Shown piece after piece: positions 1 to 9,011 of a stretch of 64,000 bases of DNA. The translations under genes were made by a program, and so were the position numbers. Below the pieces are notes generated by a model. That model ran no database searches and was not told the origin of the DNA. It saw only the letters and a list, made by a program, of their open reading frames with translations. The stretch is from positions 9,357 to 73,356 of the forward strand of contig DASRSD010000152.1 of NCBI GenBank assembly GCA_035656635.1, written 5' to 3'. Within the stretch, counting starts at the first letter, position 1. Every line of letters starts with the position of its first letter. Source of the stretch: Pirellulales bacterium (GTDB lineage Bacteria; Planctomycetota; Planctomycetia; Pirellulales; JADZDJ01).

Positions 1-361
1 ACCGCTCAAGCACGTCAGCCAAGCCTTTTTGCCCGCCCGACGAGCCTTCGCCGCGAAATCGCAACTTGCCTAACGGCAGGTTGAAATCGTCGCAAACAAT
101 CAACACTTCCGCGGTTTCTACTTTATAAAAATCTCGGGCGGCCAACACGCTGCTGCCGCTCAGGTTCATAAACGTATGCGGCCATAAGAGCAGTATCTTT
201 TGGCCGTTAAATTCCGCCTCGGTAATTTCTCCTTGAAAGTTTGTCTTTGGCCGTGGGCAGCGATGCCGCCGCACCAATTCGCCGAGCACTGCAAAGCCAA
301 CATTGTGGCGAGTGCCCTCGTATTTCCGGCCGGGGTTGCCCAACCCCACGACAAGTTTCAC
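1..361 (-). CDS. pth: peptidyl-tRNA hydrolase, N-terminal part (gene runs off the left edge)
   Basis: Own minus-strand translation from GTG at 361 gives VKLVVGLGNPGRKYEGTRHNVGFAVLGEL...FMNLSGSSV...DDFNLPLGKLRFRGEGSSGGQKGL, the canonical Pth motifs. It lies directly downstream of rplY/ctc. It is absent from the ORF track because it is open at the window edge. Confidence 0.85.
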   Translation of the reverse strand, partial: MKLVVGLGNPGRKYEGTRHNVGFAVLGELVRRHRCPRPKTNFQGEITEAEFNGQKILLLWPHTFMNLSGSSVLAARDFYKVETAEVLIVCDDFNLPLGKLRFRGEGSSGGQKGLADVLER

Positions 362-462
362 AACAGGCAGTGTTTCGGGTTCGGGGTTCAAAGCGACAAT
401 TGCCCAGGTCGCCGCGAAGACCACCGGCGTGGCTTGCCGCGGCGCACAAGCAAGCTTGATCG

Positions 463-1104
463 CTATTCTTTCTCTTCCTCGTCTTCCGCTGGTTTTTCCT
501 TGCGAATCAATTCGGGTTCCACAGTGCCTTCGGCGGCAGCTTCCGCAGCACCTTCATCTTCCTCAGACTTCGGCTTCAAGCATTGAACGGCAATTTCATC
601 GGCCCCGGAAACAATTTTCGCCCCTTCTGGCAGGGTCGCCTGGCCCACCGTCATCGAGTCATCCAGCTTCAGCGCGGCCACGTTGATGACCACCTTGTCA
701 GGAATGGAGCTCACGGGACATTCGATTTCGACGGTGTGAATTAAATGCTCGATCACGCCCCCTTCTTTAATGCCTGCCGCCTGGCCACGAATCTCCAGCG
801 GCACTTCCACGCGCACCCGTTCGTGTTCAGACACGCGGGCAAAATCGACATGCAGAATTTCCAGCCCGAACGTATCGTACTGCAATTCGCGAATGAGCGC
901 GCTGTCGTTGGCGGCGCCCTTCAGCTTGACGACGCGGGAGCCGTGCCGCACGGCAGCGGAAATTTGCTCCGAGGGGATTGCCAAGCTGACCGTCTTTTGG
1001 CCGTGTCCGTACAACACCGCCGGCACCTTGCCGACCGCGCGTAACCGCTTGGAGTTTCGTTTCCCGCTAGAATCTCGGGCGTCTGCTTGCAATGTTTCAG
1101 CCAT
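463..1104 (-). CDS. rplY: 50S ribosomal protein L25 / general stress protein Ctc
   Basis: From ORF 463..1146. I start it at the internal ATG (MAETLQ...) because the 14 upstream codons are Arg/His-rich junk. RLRAVGKVPAVLYGHG...LQYDTFGLEILHVDF is the L25/Ctc signature, and the C-terminal tail is acidic. Confidence 0.9.
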   Translation of the reverse strand: MAETLQADARDSSGKRNSKRLRAVGKVPAVLYGHGQKTVSLAIPSEQISAAVRHGSRVVKLKGAANDSALIRELQYDTFGLEILHVDFARVSEHERVRVEVPLEIRGQAAGIKEGGVIEHLIHTVEIECPVSSIPDKVVINVAALKLDDSMTVGQATLPEGAKIVSGADEIAVQCLKPKSEEDEGAAEAAAEGTVEPELIRKEKPAEDEEEKE

Positions 1105-1422
1105 GTTTTTTGTCCTGTGGCGGCGGCGATGTCGCAGGAAATGCAATCATTCCTGCGATGCCATGACGCAAGGCTTTGCGTCGGCCACAAATCCAATACT
1201 AGGAATAAGTTGCTGCTTCTGGCCGGCGCCCTGAAGCATCCGGTCCCGGCAGCGAATCCAACATTTTGCCCGAAACGGGCGGAATTGCAACCCCGGCCAG
1301 GAGAAAACTTCGCTGGCGCGCCGCACAACTTCGCGAAATCTTCGCCATTTACGCAAAACCGCCGCGCCAGGCTCGCGCAAAAACCGGGGACGCTCGGCCA
1401 ATGGCAATTATCGGTAAGTACT

Positions 1423-1451
1423 ACTTCAATGCCCCCGGCAGGACTTGAACC
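1423..1451 (-). repeat. 29-nt duplicate of the tRNA-Arg 3' end (T loop to discriminator plus 7-nt trailer)
   Basis: acttcaatgcccccggcaggacttgaacc occurs identically at 1423-1451 and 1516-1544. The second copy is the 3' end of the intact tRNA. No complementary 5' acceptor strand precedes the first copy, so it is a fragment resembling an att-type direct repeat. Confidence 0.8.
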
Positions 1452-1522
1452 AGCAACCGAGCACGGCTGACGGGCGTCAGCCGAGCGCAGGGCGGTAGTG
1501 ATCAGCGAGATTGCCACTTCAA

Positions 1523-1595
1523 TGCCCCCGGCAGGACTTGAACCTGCGGCCTAGTGTTTAGGAAACACTCGCTCTATCCTCTGAGCTACGGGGGC
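1523..1595 (-). tRNA. tRNA-Arg (anticodon CCT)
   Basis: The minus strand reads GCCCCCGTAGCTCAGAGGATAGAGCGAGTGTTTCCTAAACACTAGGCCGCAGGTTCAAGTCCTGCCGGGGGCA. It has a 7-bp acceptor stem, a GCTC/GAGC D stem, an AGTGT/ACACT anticodon stem, anticodon loop TTCCTAA and T loop TTCAAGT. CCA is not encoded. Confidence 0.9.
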
Positions 1596-1623
1596 TTATT
1601 CGGAAAAAACGGGGTTTTTCATC

Positions 1624-1692
1624 GCGGGTGTAGTCGCACGACAACCGATACGACAACTCTACACCCGCAACTACCCCCTTTTCTACACCCGC
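1624..1692. repeat. motif cluster: GCGGGTGTAG / CTACACCCGC inverted repeats plus ACGACAAC half-sites
   Basis: GCGGGTGTAG at 1624-1633 is the reverse complement of CTACACCCGC at 1659-1668 and 1683-1692. ACGACAAC occurs at 1638-1645 and 1650-1657. The same motifs recur at 10550-10596. Confidence 0.6.
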
Positions 1693-1808
1693 GACTTTCC
1701 TTCTCAGTCGCGATTTACGGATCATTTCAGCGACAACCGTTTCGGTTGCGCCAATTTGACTCCTGCCTGTTCAAGGAACGACCCGATAGCGTAGTCGGTA
1801 CGTTGTCG

Positions 1809-2027
1809 TTATCGACCGTGATTTACGACGATCTTCGCAATCTCCTCTTCTTGAAAGGGAATATCTGTACTTTCGCCAATCTTCGTTATGTATCCCCCTG
1901 CAATCACGACCTGATCGAACTTTCTGCCATCAGTCAGATAAACTGACGTTACTTGAAAATTCATTCCTGTCTCAGGTTCTGAGAGGAGAACGGGTGCCCA
2001 CTTATTTGATAGAGCTAACATCTTCAT
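1809..2027 (-). CDS. hypothetical 72-aa protein (possible immunity/partner of the upstream secreted protein)
   Basis: The ORF start overlaps the upstream stop as ATGA (2024-2027), which suggests translational coupling. There is no signal peptide and I recognise no family. Confidence 0.5.
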   Translation of the reverse strand: MKMLALSNKWAPVLLSEPETGMNFQVTSVYLTDGRKFDQVVIAGGYITKIGESTDIPFQEEEIAKIVVNHGR

Positions 2028-2581
2028 CCTCCAGAAGGTACAGGAAGTCTTGGGCCAGCGCTACCCGGTGGCGCACCGAACAAAAAGTGAACTTCATTAC
2101 CCGAGCCGCCCATCACCGGACCTGGACCAATAACCGGAGTGCCCTCGGGTGGCCTAATTATGAAATAATTGGTTCGCGGAATCTGTGGACTCGGCAGGTT
2201 GTAGAGTTCGTTAAGTAATCCCTGCGGTTGAATACCCTCACTTGCAGGAGCAGTGAAAGTGCCAGGCCGCAGGCCACCGTTCGACATAACACGACTAAAT
2301 GCCGGATTGCCGCTTTCATAACGGATAAATGTTTCCCCAGGTTGAGTTAGGCGAATCGTGCTCAGTTGCTGGCCAGTACTTGCGGCAACAAAACACTCCG
2401 CCGCAGTCGTATCGCTACACCCGCTCGAATCTCTACGCTGTGCATCAGTTACGCTGCAATCGACCTGCTTGCATCCAGCACCAAATAGCGAAAATTCCAG
2501 ACGCGAGTTGGCGCTTAACGTGGCCGTTGAGGCCAGCAGCAATGCGGCAAGCAGGTAACGTAGTCGGTTCATGGCCGTCAT
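2024..2581 (-). CDS. secreted hypothetical protein (toxin-like C-terminal region, family unknown)
   Basis: From ORF 2024..2689. I start it at MTAMNRLRYLLAALLLASTATLSA, a Sec signal peptide with an LSA cleavage motif. The C terminus reads ...PEGTPVIGPGPVMGGSGNEVHFLFGAPPGS. Confidence 0.55.
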   Translation of the reverse strand: MTAMNRLRYLLAALLLASTATLSANSRLEFSLFGAGCKQVDCSVTDAQRRDSSGCSDTTAAECFVAASTGQQLSTIRLTQPGETFIRYESGNPAFSRVMSNGGLRPGTFTAPASEGIQPQGLLNELYNLPSPQIPRTNYFIIRPPEGTPVIGPGPVMGGSGNEVHFLFGAPPGSAGPRLPVPSGG

Positions 2582-2630
2582 TGTACGCTGCGATCCATCC
2601 GAGCCAGGTGCATTGAAGCATACAGCGTTT

Positions 2631-3038
2631 CTACTCCGACCCACGCTTGATCTCCGCCATGATTTTTGTTCCAGCGTCACGACCAGCAAGGCGAAATGCC
2701 ATTTGCGAGGAAGAGACGGGGTCGATCTGCAGTCGAGTAATAGTTATTCGCACATCGCGGAGTGGATAAACCTCGAAGACAAGTAGGACATCAAGTAAAC
2801 CATAAAGTGCAGCGTCCAAGAATGACTGAGCTGCTTCGTTATCCAGATTTACATCACGGCCAATTACGACCTCAAAGGATGTCGATGGCTCTGCAACTAA
2901 CTCCAGCCTAGCAACTTGAATGCTTGGGCCAACATGACGCTGATGCAGTCCCTCTACTGAAACGCTCACCGTAAGCGTCCGAGACTTACGTCGCATTATG
3001 TCATCGTACCATTTTGTAAAGTAATTCATTTCGGCCAT
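2631..3038 (-). CDS. EF-G domain IV-like small protein; putative immunity protein of the RHS toxin
   Basis: The start overlaps the RHS stop by 13 nt. The segment ...FEVVIGRDVNLDNEAAQSFLDAALYGLLDVLLVFEVYPLRDVRITITRLQIDPVSSSQMAFRLAGRDA follows the pattern of EF-G domain IV (E. coli ...[67 protein letters not shown]). Confidence 0.65.
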   Translation of the reverse strand: MAEMNYFTKWYDDIMRRKSRTLTVSVSVEGLHQRHVGPSIQVARLELVAEPSTSFEVVIGRDVNLDNEAAQSFLDAALYGLLDVLLVFEVYPLRDVRITITRLQIDPVSSSQMAFRLAGRDAGTKIMAEIKRGSE

Positions 3039-6000
3039 GCTGCTGGGTTGAATTCCTCGCGGAACTGATTGATTACGGAAGGGTGATAAAGTTGAGATTC
3101 ATACCCCGGTTCATATGGAATCCCTTGCCATTGCAGAGTATCAAGATGAGCCGCTCGCTGCCAATCGTAAAGTTCATTGTAGACACCCCGTGTCTGCTCC
3201 ATAATTTGCGATTCCGTTAGCTCGTGCATGTAGAAGTTGATGTCATGCGCCGTCGTTTGACCAACTTTCAAGCGAGCGAACATAGCATCATTAGGAGCGA
3301 AATCAAATTGCGACAAATGTTGTTCTACTCGTGCTAGTCCCTGTGAGGTGACCTGGGGAGTAAACTCTGGATTCAAGATATTCAGCGGATTGCTACTTGC
3401 GGCAGCAGTTTCCAATTCATCGATGCTTAACAGCTTGCCAAACAAAGATCTGGCACCGTTGAATGCCGCTTCGCCAATGCTCGGTACCAAAACCGTGGCA
3501 TTGAAGAACGCTGTGTCACTTTGGATCGCGGGATTCTCCAGAGGCAGAGAACGGTTCTCAACCGTGCGCAAACTGCCGACAATATCGGCGCCAAAAGCAT
3601 TGGGCAGGACATTTGGGATGCTCGACGAGCCGGCGTTGAACGACGGATAGTAGACGTTGACATATTGGGTATTCAGAAGTTGAATTAGGCGATCTTGGAG
3701 TACGGATAGCCTTGCATTGGCGCCATATAAATCAAGGCTTTGTCCAAGATTATCCGGCTCTTCCAAGGTGAACGGAAACGTTCCGCGTTCGCCCCCAGGA
3801 TGGGCCTGCTCCCATTCGACCGAAGCCGCGTTTAGGCTGTTAATGACACTTTTATTCTGGCTTATAGAAATCTGAGCATATATCAGAGTTCGTGCGTTAT
3901 CGAGAGCCTCGTTGGCGTGCGGCGATCCGCTCAAGACCGACTCCGGTGCGCCGAAACCGTCGGATATCCAATTTGGGTTAAAACCATCGCCGCTGTTTGT
4001 TTGCGCATTGACATCAAGCTTCGACGGCAGCATTTGGCTGGTCGAGATTGTCGAGGGCTGGCCATAAGTGCCCAGCCAGCCAAGCGAAGAGTTGTCTGTA
4101 CCGAACTCTGCAATCGTCTGGTCAATTTGGAATGTGGAATTGAAGCTGCCACTGTTGAAACTGGAATTATCTTGGCTGGTGCCATCGATTTCTTCAGTGC
4201 TGGCACCGGCGAAACCATTGCTGCCAGTCTCGTTGTCCTCCAACTCTCCGCTAGTACCTCTGCCACCGATATCGCTGTTTCCTTCCCCTTCACTTTCACC
4301 CCCGCCCAGACCTTCATCTTCACCGTCCCCCTCATCCTCGCCATCATCTAGCCCGGAGGGATCGATAAAGTTCGTCGGGCTGTTGCCGGCATAGCGATAG
4401 GTATTAATGTCGGCGTTGGCCGGGTCGGTGCTGATGAATTGCCCGGTGTGAGGATCGTAATAACGCGCCTTGAAGTAATCCAAGCCAGTGGCTGAATCTA
4501 TCTGCTGGCCGGTGAAGCCGATAGCATGATTGATCGGATTGCTGTTTTGAGAAGACGAATCACTGAGAATATTGCCAAACGAATCATACACGATGTGATC
4601 GACCACGCCGGTCAGGCCGGTGCTGGGATTGTAGGTGGCAATGTCGCGCACGCTGCCGACATTGTCGGTCAGTTGCCAGTAGGTGATGCCTGGAGCAGAT
4701 TGCGAACTAACTTGTTCGTCGGCCAGAATTTCGTCAACACCTGGCCCCCACAGGTAACGATCTTGCACGGCGCCGGTTGAATTGCTGCGAGTCAGCAATA
4801 ACTGATCGCCGTTGTAAACAAATTGCTGACCGGTTGTGCTGCCGCTTGTAGTAACGGTTTCCAACACCCGGTTGTTAAAAGCATCGTAAGCGTAGATGAC
4901 GGTTTTGGTTGGATTTTGTCCTTGGCCGTTATTGGCATCAGCGTCCGTAAGGTTGGCATAATAGTTCACCGAAATCAGCCGGTTGCGGGCATCATATGCG
5001 TAATTGATCACCGTACCGTCGGAGCCGCTGATCTGCTGAATGCGGTTCCCGTTGTTGTCGTATTTATAGGTATAAGTTCCATCGTTGGTGATTTCGTTTT
5101 GCGCGCCGATTGTAATGCCGCTGCCGGTTCGATTGCCATTGGAATCGTATGAGTACGATTCATCATTCGTTTGGGACGTTGCCCCTGTTAACTGACCATT
5201 ATTGTCATACGCGTAGGAAACGTTTTCTTGTGGATGAACATTGTTAGTTTCGCTAGTAAGACGATTGTCGGCATCATAGGTGAAGGCATAACTGGCTAGT
5301 GACGAGTGGTTTCCTTGAACATCGACCAGGCTTAGTAGGTTGCCGTTTTGATCGTAATTGTACGTGGTGGTATCGACGACCTGCGTTCCGGTTGCATTGG
5401 CCGAGCGTGTGACTGTTTGCAGTTCGCTGGCAGAATCGTACGTGAAATCGACTCGTTCTGTGGCCACCGCCCCGTTGGTGGCGGATTGGGTGACGGTTTG
5501 TTCACGGCCCATTCCGTCATATTGATAGCTCAGTGTGTAAGGTGCAGTGTTGTTACTGCCGGTAACCGCGGTTTGTGATAGATCGTTATTGGGCGCGTAA
5601 TTATTAGCAAGGGTGGTGGTAACGCCATTGGGGTTGGCACTGTCGGTGAGCGTAAACGTTGTCTTGTCTAGACTTCTTAAGGCGTCCAAATTGTAGTTGT
5701 ACGTGTATTGGCTGGTGACCTGGGCAGAACCCGTGCCGCGAATGTCAGTGGCCGTTAAGACTTGATCGTCAGGGGCATAAGAATAGGTAATAGTTTCCGA
5801 CGTCCCATTCGGGTTTGTCCATTGCTGTTGTGTGTTGCGGCCGAAGGCATCGTTCTGGTAGTGGATCGTTGTCCAGTTAAGATCCGTAGATGTCAGCAGG
5901 CTACCTTGCTGATCATAGGTGTACGTTGCAGCCGCTAGAGTAGAATTCGAACCGGACACATAGACGCCCGACTCTGTTTCAGCAATTAGTTGGTTCCGCT

Positions 6001-6988
6001 GGTCGTAGGTATAGGTTGTCGAATTGGTGTGTTGTCCTTGCGAATTGGTGTATGGCTCTGCCACAGCGACCTGAAAATTACCATCGGCATCGTAACCGTA
6101 AGTAGTGGATGTCACGCCGTCTTGTGGATCGGCAATGCTCGTTTGCCGACCTAGATTGTCGTAGGTGTACGAGGTAGTCTGTCCCAGTGGATCGGTGCTT
6201 GTCAGCAGATTGCCCAAGGCGTCGTAGCCGAACGACGTGACATTTCCCAAGGGGTCGGTCATTGTCAGCTGGCGGCCGAGCGCGTCGTACGTGTAGCTCG
6301 TGATACGATCCGGTGCGGTGCTCAACATTAGCTGAGTGCTGGACAGCAAATTGCCGTCGGCATCATATTGATAACCTGATTCAGCTAGTGGATCGTGAGT
6401 GGTCGGGTCGATTTGCAGTTCGTCGGTCAGCCGGTTTAAGCTGTCGTAAGTGTACTGAGTTTCACGGCCGCCCTGACCAGGCCCTGCAGAGTCGGTGTAA
6501 GTGAGTAAATTGCTGGCAATATCGTAAGTGAAAAGCGTGTGACTGTAATAAGGCGTTGGGGATGGATATGGCGTTGATGATGGCGCGGGTGGATTGGTAT
6601 TGCCACTATTGCTGCCGCTGCCATAGCTCATGTCGTAATCGCGAGATTCGGTCTGCCGGTTCAAGTTGTCGTAACTGTATTCGGTATGTGATAAAGCAAT
6701 GAGTGGCGTTCCCGTGGAATCATCTGAATCGAGCTCCTGCATAATTAGATTGCCGTTGGGATCGTAGGCATATTGAGTAGTGCGCGGCAATAGTTGACCG
6801 GTAAGATCGGTTTGTGTTTGGCTTATCAACCGATTCATCGAATCGTATGTCGATGTGGTTGCGCTGGTCGGCGAGGCGCCTAGCCGACGTTTTGCTACCA
6901 AAAGTATCGTACGCATACGTTTGTACGGCATCAGTGGGGTCGGTCGTTTGAAATACCCGAGCATTGGGATAATACTTGTATTGTTCAC
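3026..6988 (-). CDS. RHS/YD-repeat polymorphic toxin, C-terminal 1320-aa segment (YD shell, core, 440-aa toxin tip)
   Basis: It contains dozens of YD repeats (YTYDxxGNL / YxYDxxNRL). The RHS core ends at YRYAGNSPTNFIDPSGL, near position 4348. An acidic Gly-rich linker and an unassigned C-terminal domain follow. The true 5' end continues into ORF 7038..9011 (see findings). Confidence 0.85.
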   Translation of the reverse strand: MNNTSIIPMLGYFKRPTPLMPYKRMRTILLVAKRRLGASPTSATTSTYDSMNRLISQTQTDLTGQLLPRTTQYAYDPNGNLIMQELDSDDSTGTPLIALSHTEYSYDNLNRQTESRDYDMSYGSGSNSGNTNPPAPSSTPYPSPTPYYSHTLFTYDIASNLLTYTDSAGPGQGGRETQYTYDSLNRLTDELQIDPTTHDPLAESGYQYDADGNLLSSTQLMLSTAPDRITSYTYDALGRQLTMTDPLGNVTSFGYDALGNLLTSTDPLGQTTSYTYDNLGRQTSIADPQDGVTSTTYGYDADGNFQVAVAEPYTNSQGQHTNSTTYTYDQRNQLIAETESGVYVSGSNSTLAAATYTYDQQGSLLTSTDLNWTTIHYQNDAFGRNTQQQWTNPNGTSETITYSYAPDDQVLTATDIRGTGSAQVTSQYTYNYNLDALRSLDKTTFTLTDSANPNGVTTTLANNYAPNNDLSQTAVTGSNNTAPYTLSYQYDGMGREQTVTQSATNGAVATERVDFTYDSASELQTVTRSANATGTQVVDTTTYNYDQNGNLLSLVDVQGNHSSLASYAFTYDADNRLTSETNNVHPQENVSYAYDNNGQLTGATSQTNDESYSYDSNGNRTGSGITIGAQNEITNDGTYTYKYDNNGNRIQQISGSDGTVINYAYDARNRLISVNYYANLTDADANNGQGQNPTKTVIYAYDAFNNRVLETVTTSGSTTGQQFVYNGDQLLLTRSNSTGAVQDRYLWGPGVDEILADEQVSSQSAPGITYWQLTDNVGSVRDIATYNPSTGLTGVVDHIVYDSFGNILSDSSSQNSNPINHAIGFTGQQIDSATGLDYFKARYYDPHTGQFISTDPANADINTYRYAGNSPTNFIDPSGLDDGEDEGDGEDEGLGGGESEGEGNSDIGGRGTSGELEDNETGSNGFAGASTEEIDGTSQDNSSFNSGSFNSTFQIDQTIAEFGTDNSSLGWLGTYGQPSTISTSQMLPSKLDVNAQTNSGDGFNPNWISDGFGAPESVLSGSPHANEALDNARTLIYAQISISQNKSVINSLNAASVEWEQAHPGGERGTFPFTLEEPDNLGQSLDLYGANARLSVLQDRLIQLLNTQYVNVYYPSFNAGSSSIPNVLPNAFGADIVGSLRTVENRSLPLENPAIQSDTAFFNATVLVPSIGEAAFNGARSLFGKLLSIDELETAAASSNPLNILNPEFTPQVTSQGLARVEQHLSQFDFAPNDAMFARLKVGQTTAHDINFYMHELTESQIMEQTRGVYNELYDWQRAAHLDTLQWQGIPYEPGYESQLYHPSVINQFREEFNPAAWPK

Positions 6989-7037
6989 GCCCCATGTCTA
7001 AAGAACCGGTCGAGGCATTCGCATCGGTAACGTCCGA

Positions 7038-9011
7038 CTAAAAAAGCAAAAATGCTGGCGTTGCATTTGGCACGGGTGAAGCAATGTAAGTGTAGGCATA
7101 TTCGAGAGTATCGCCGCTGGTAGGATCGGTGGGACTCGTGACCTCGTTAAGCTCGTCGTTAGTCGAGTTTACAACAGCTACAGAGTATGTCCAAGTTCGC
7201 GTGGTGGTTGCCGTGTCAACCTCGATTTTGGTTAACTGCGAATTCGTCCCATAGCTAAAAGTAAGTTGTGCAACACTACTGGCGGAGCCCGCCGGTTTGG
7301 ACTGAACAGTACTGGGCAGGCCATTTCCATTCGGAGTAATTACCAATTCGTTTCCATGCAGATCACGAATCTCAAATAGAACACCAGGATTGGAGCCAGT
7401 AAGGCTTCTGAATTTGTAGGTCAGTCCATTCTTGTCGGTGAACTGGTAAGTACCATCGCTGTTTTTCCGAAATTCACCGAAAACCGCAACCGGATTCTGG
7501 TATAGACCGGAGCTCGGGTTAGTGAAGTTAAGGACAACTCCATCGCCATTTGTCCAATTGATTGAAGTGCCACTTCCTGCGGAAACACGATCAGCATAGG
7601 TGCCCCACCAACTGTCTCCGAGAGTGAGAGTATTGCTTAGGTTGGTTTGGCCCTTGGTAGTCGAGTCGTAGTGGCGGGAAAAGGTGAGGGCGAGGCCCGC
7701 CGTCGGAACATTAATGTCGGTTACATTCAGCAAGAGCGCTCCATTGGCGCCATTCACCACACCGGCACTTGCAGCGGTCGAATTGGGACCGATAAAAGTT
7801 TGTCCCGGCGCAGATTGCGGATCAGCAGGAGTGGTAAAGATGTTCGTCGCGCCGCCTAAATAACTATCGCCGTTTTGATCGGCAATGACCGCATGAATCC
7901 CAACCGTAACGTTTCCTTGATTCAAAGTTACAGCGTAAAATCCAACCCAGTCGAGGCCCCCCAGTTTGTAATCATTTTCTGGCGTTATGATTTCCGACGC
8001 GCCATCGGTGAACGCGGTTTGGATCGCACTTTGCTCACCCGCTGTCAGCGCGCTCTTCCACGTAGCTTGATTCCAATTAGACTGAGTCATCGCGGTGACA
8101 GTTACTCCAACTTCGTTTGCTAATTGGAGTCCGCGGACAGTTGAATAGGCATCATTGTTGGCCAATTGCTGCCAGAGTTCGCTTTCTAAGGAAGAAAAGC
8201 TGATAGCAATCAAGGCAAAGCTCTGCTGCTTGTTGTGCGCGTCCGGATTGATGGATATCGGATCGTCGCCGATTAATGGAACGCTGATGGTCAAGTTCTG
8301 TGGCAGATTTGGAAGTTGCCGCGAATCATTGACAGTCTCAAGCGATTGACTACAACTCGCGACTGCCAAGGTCGGGTTCCCATAACCTCGAATTGTTTGA
8401 AACAAGTTGTTGGCGACTGTCTGAGCTTCATCGGTTTCTGAAAAATAGGTATACGTCGACAGAGCAAGCACTCGGGAAATATCAAACTGGTCAAATGTCA
8501 GGCCACTATTGTTGTCGACGGTCTGCTCGACAAAATTGGTTTCAGATTGAAGAATTGAAACGTATTGATTGGTCACTTGACCAGCGTTAAGACCAATAGC
8601 CATATCCGTATTGAGTGGCCTAAAAAAAGTTTCGACATTTTGATGGCCAGACGGATCAGAAATGATGACATTGACACTGAAGTTGCCTGTCGTATCGGCA
8701 TTAATCAAGTGCGACGATCCTCCGATTTCCGAATAGGGATCGAGCAGTGCGTTCCCGCTGTTCCAATACACATAAAGCGGGTCATACATATAGGCTGACA
8801 TCGGTAAATTCGATGCTGCGCCGATCAAACCGTGTTCGGTTCGAGCGATCCCCCGGTCGTTTATCAGATAGTCGCCATAGAAATCGACCTCGACTGTCCA
8901 ATTGTATTGACTTTCATTTGTAACTGCTTGAACAAGCGTGCCGGCATGAGCGAAGTCACTCTCATTGCCTCCGCCTGTGCTAATTTCTCCCGTGGCTGGT
9001 GCCGTCGGCAA
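7038..9011 (-). CDS. RHS toxin N-terminal segment (contains the DUF6531-type start of the RHS shell)
   Basis: VVNGANGALLLNVTDINVPTAGLALTFSRHYDS is the conserved opening of RHS shells. The ORF ends at an in-frame TAG (7038-7040), and the same frame then reads on as YD-repeat sequence. Confidence 0.75.
   Translation of the reverse strand: MPTAPATGEISTGGGNESDFAHAGTLVQAVTNESQYNWTVEVDFYGDYLINDRGIARTEHGLIGAASNLPMSAYMYDPLYVYWNSGNALLDPYSEIGGSSHLINADTTGNFSVNVIISDPSGHQNVETFFRPLNTDMAIGLNAGQVTNQYVSILQSETNFVEQTVDNNSGLTFDQFDISRVLALSTYTYFSETDEAQTVANNLFQTIRGYGNPTLAVASCSQSLETVNDSRQLPNLPQNLTISVPLIGDDPISINPDAHNKQQSFALIAISFSSLESELWQQLANNDAYSTVRGLQLANEVGVTVTAMTQSNWNQATWKSALTAGEQSAIQTAFTDGASEIITPENDYKLGGLDWVGFYAVTLNQGNVTVGIHAVIADQNGDSYLGGATNIFTTPADPQSAPGQTFIGPNSTAASAGVVNGANGALLLNVTDINVPTAGLALTFSRHYDSTTKGQTNLSNTLTLGDSWWGTYADRVSAGSGTSINWTNGDGVVLNFTNPSSGLYQNPVAVFGEFRKNSDGTYQFTDKNGLTYKFRSLTGSNPGVLFEIRDLHGNELVITPNGNGLPSTVQSKPAGSASSVAQLTFSYGTNSQLTKIEVDTATTTRTWTYSVAVVNSTNDELNEVTSPTDPTSGDTLEYAYTYIASPVPNATPAFLLF

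Noticed and set aside
1429-1515. A possible long-arm tRNA (tRNA-Sec-like) formed by the 3' fragment plus the upstream GGCTGAC-GCCC-GTCAGCC hairpin.
   Set aside because: There is no 5' acceptor strand complementary to CGGGGGC, no UCA anticodon loop and a mismatched T stem. It is better explained as a duplicated tRNA 3' end next to an unrelated hairpin.
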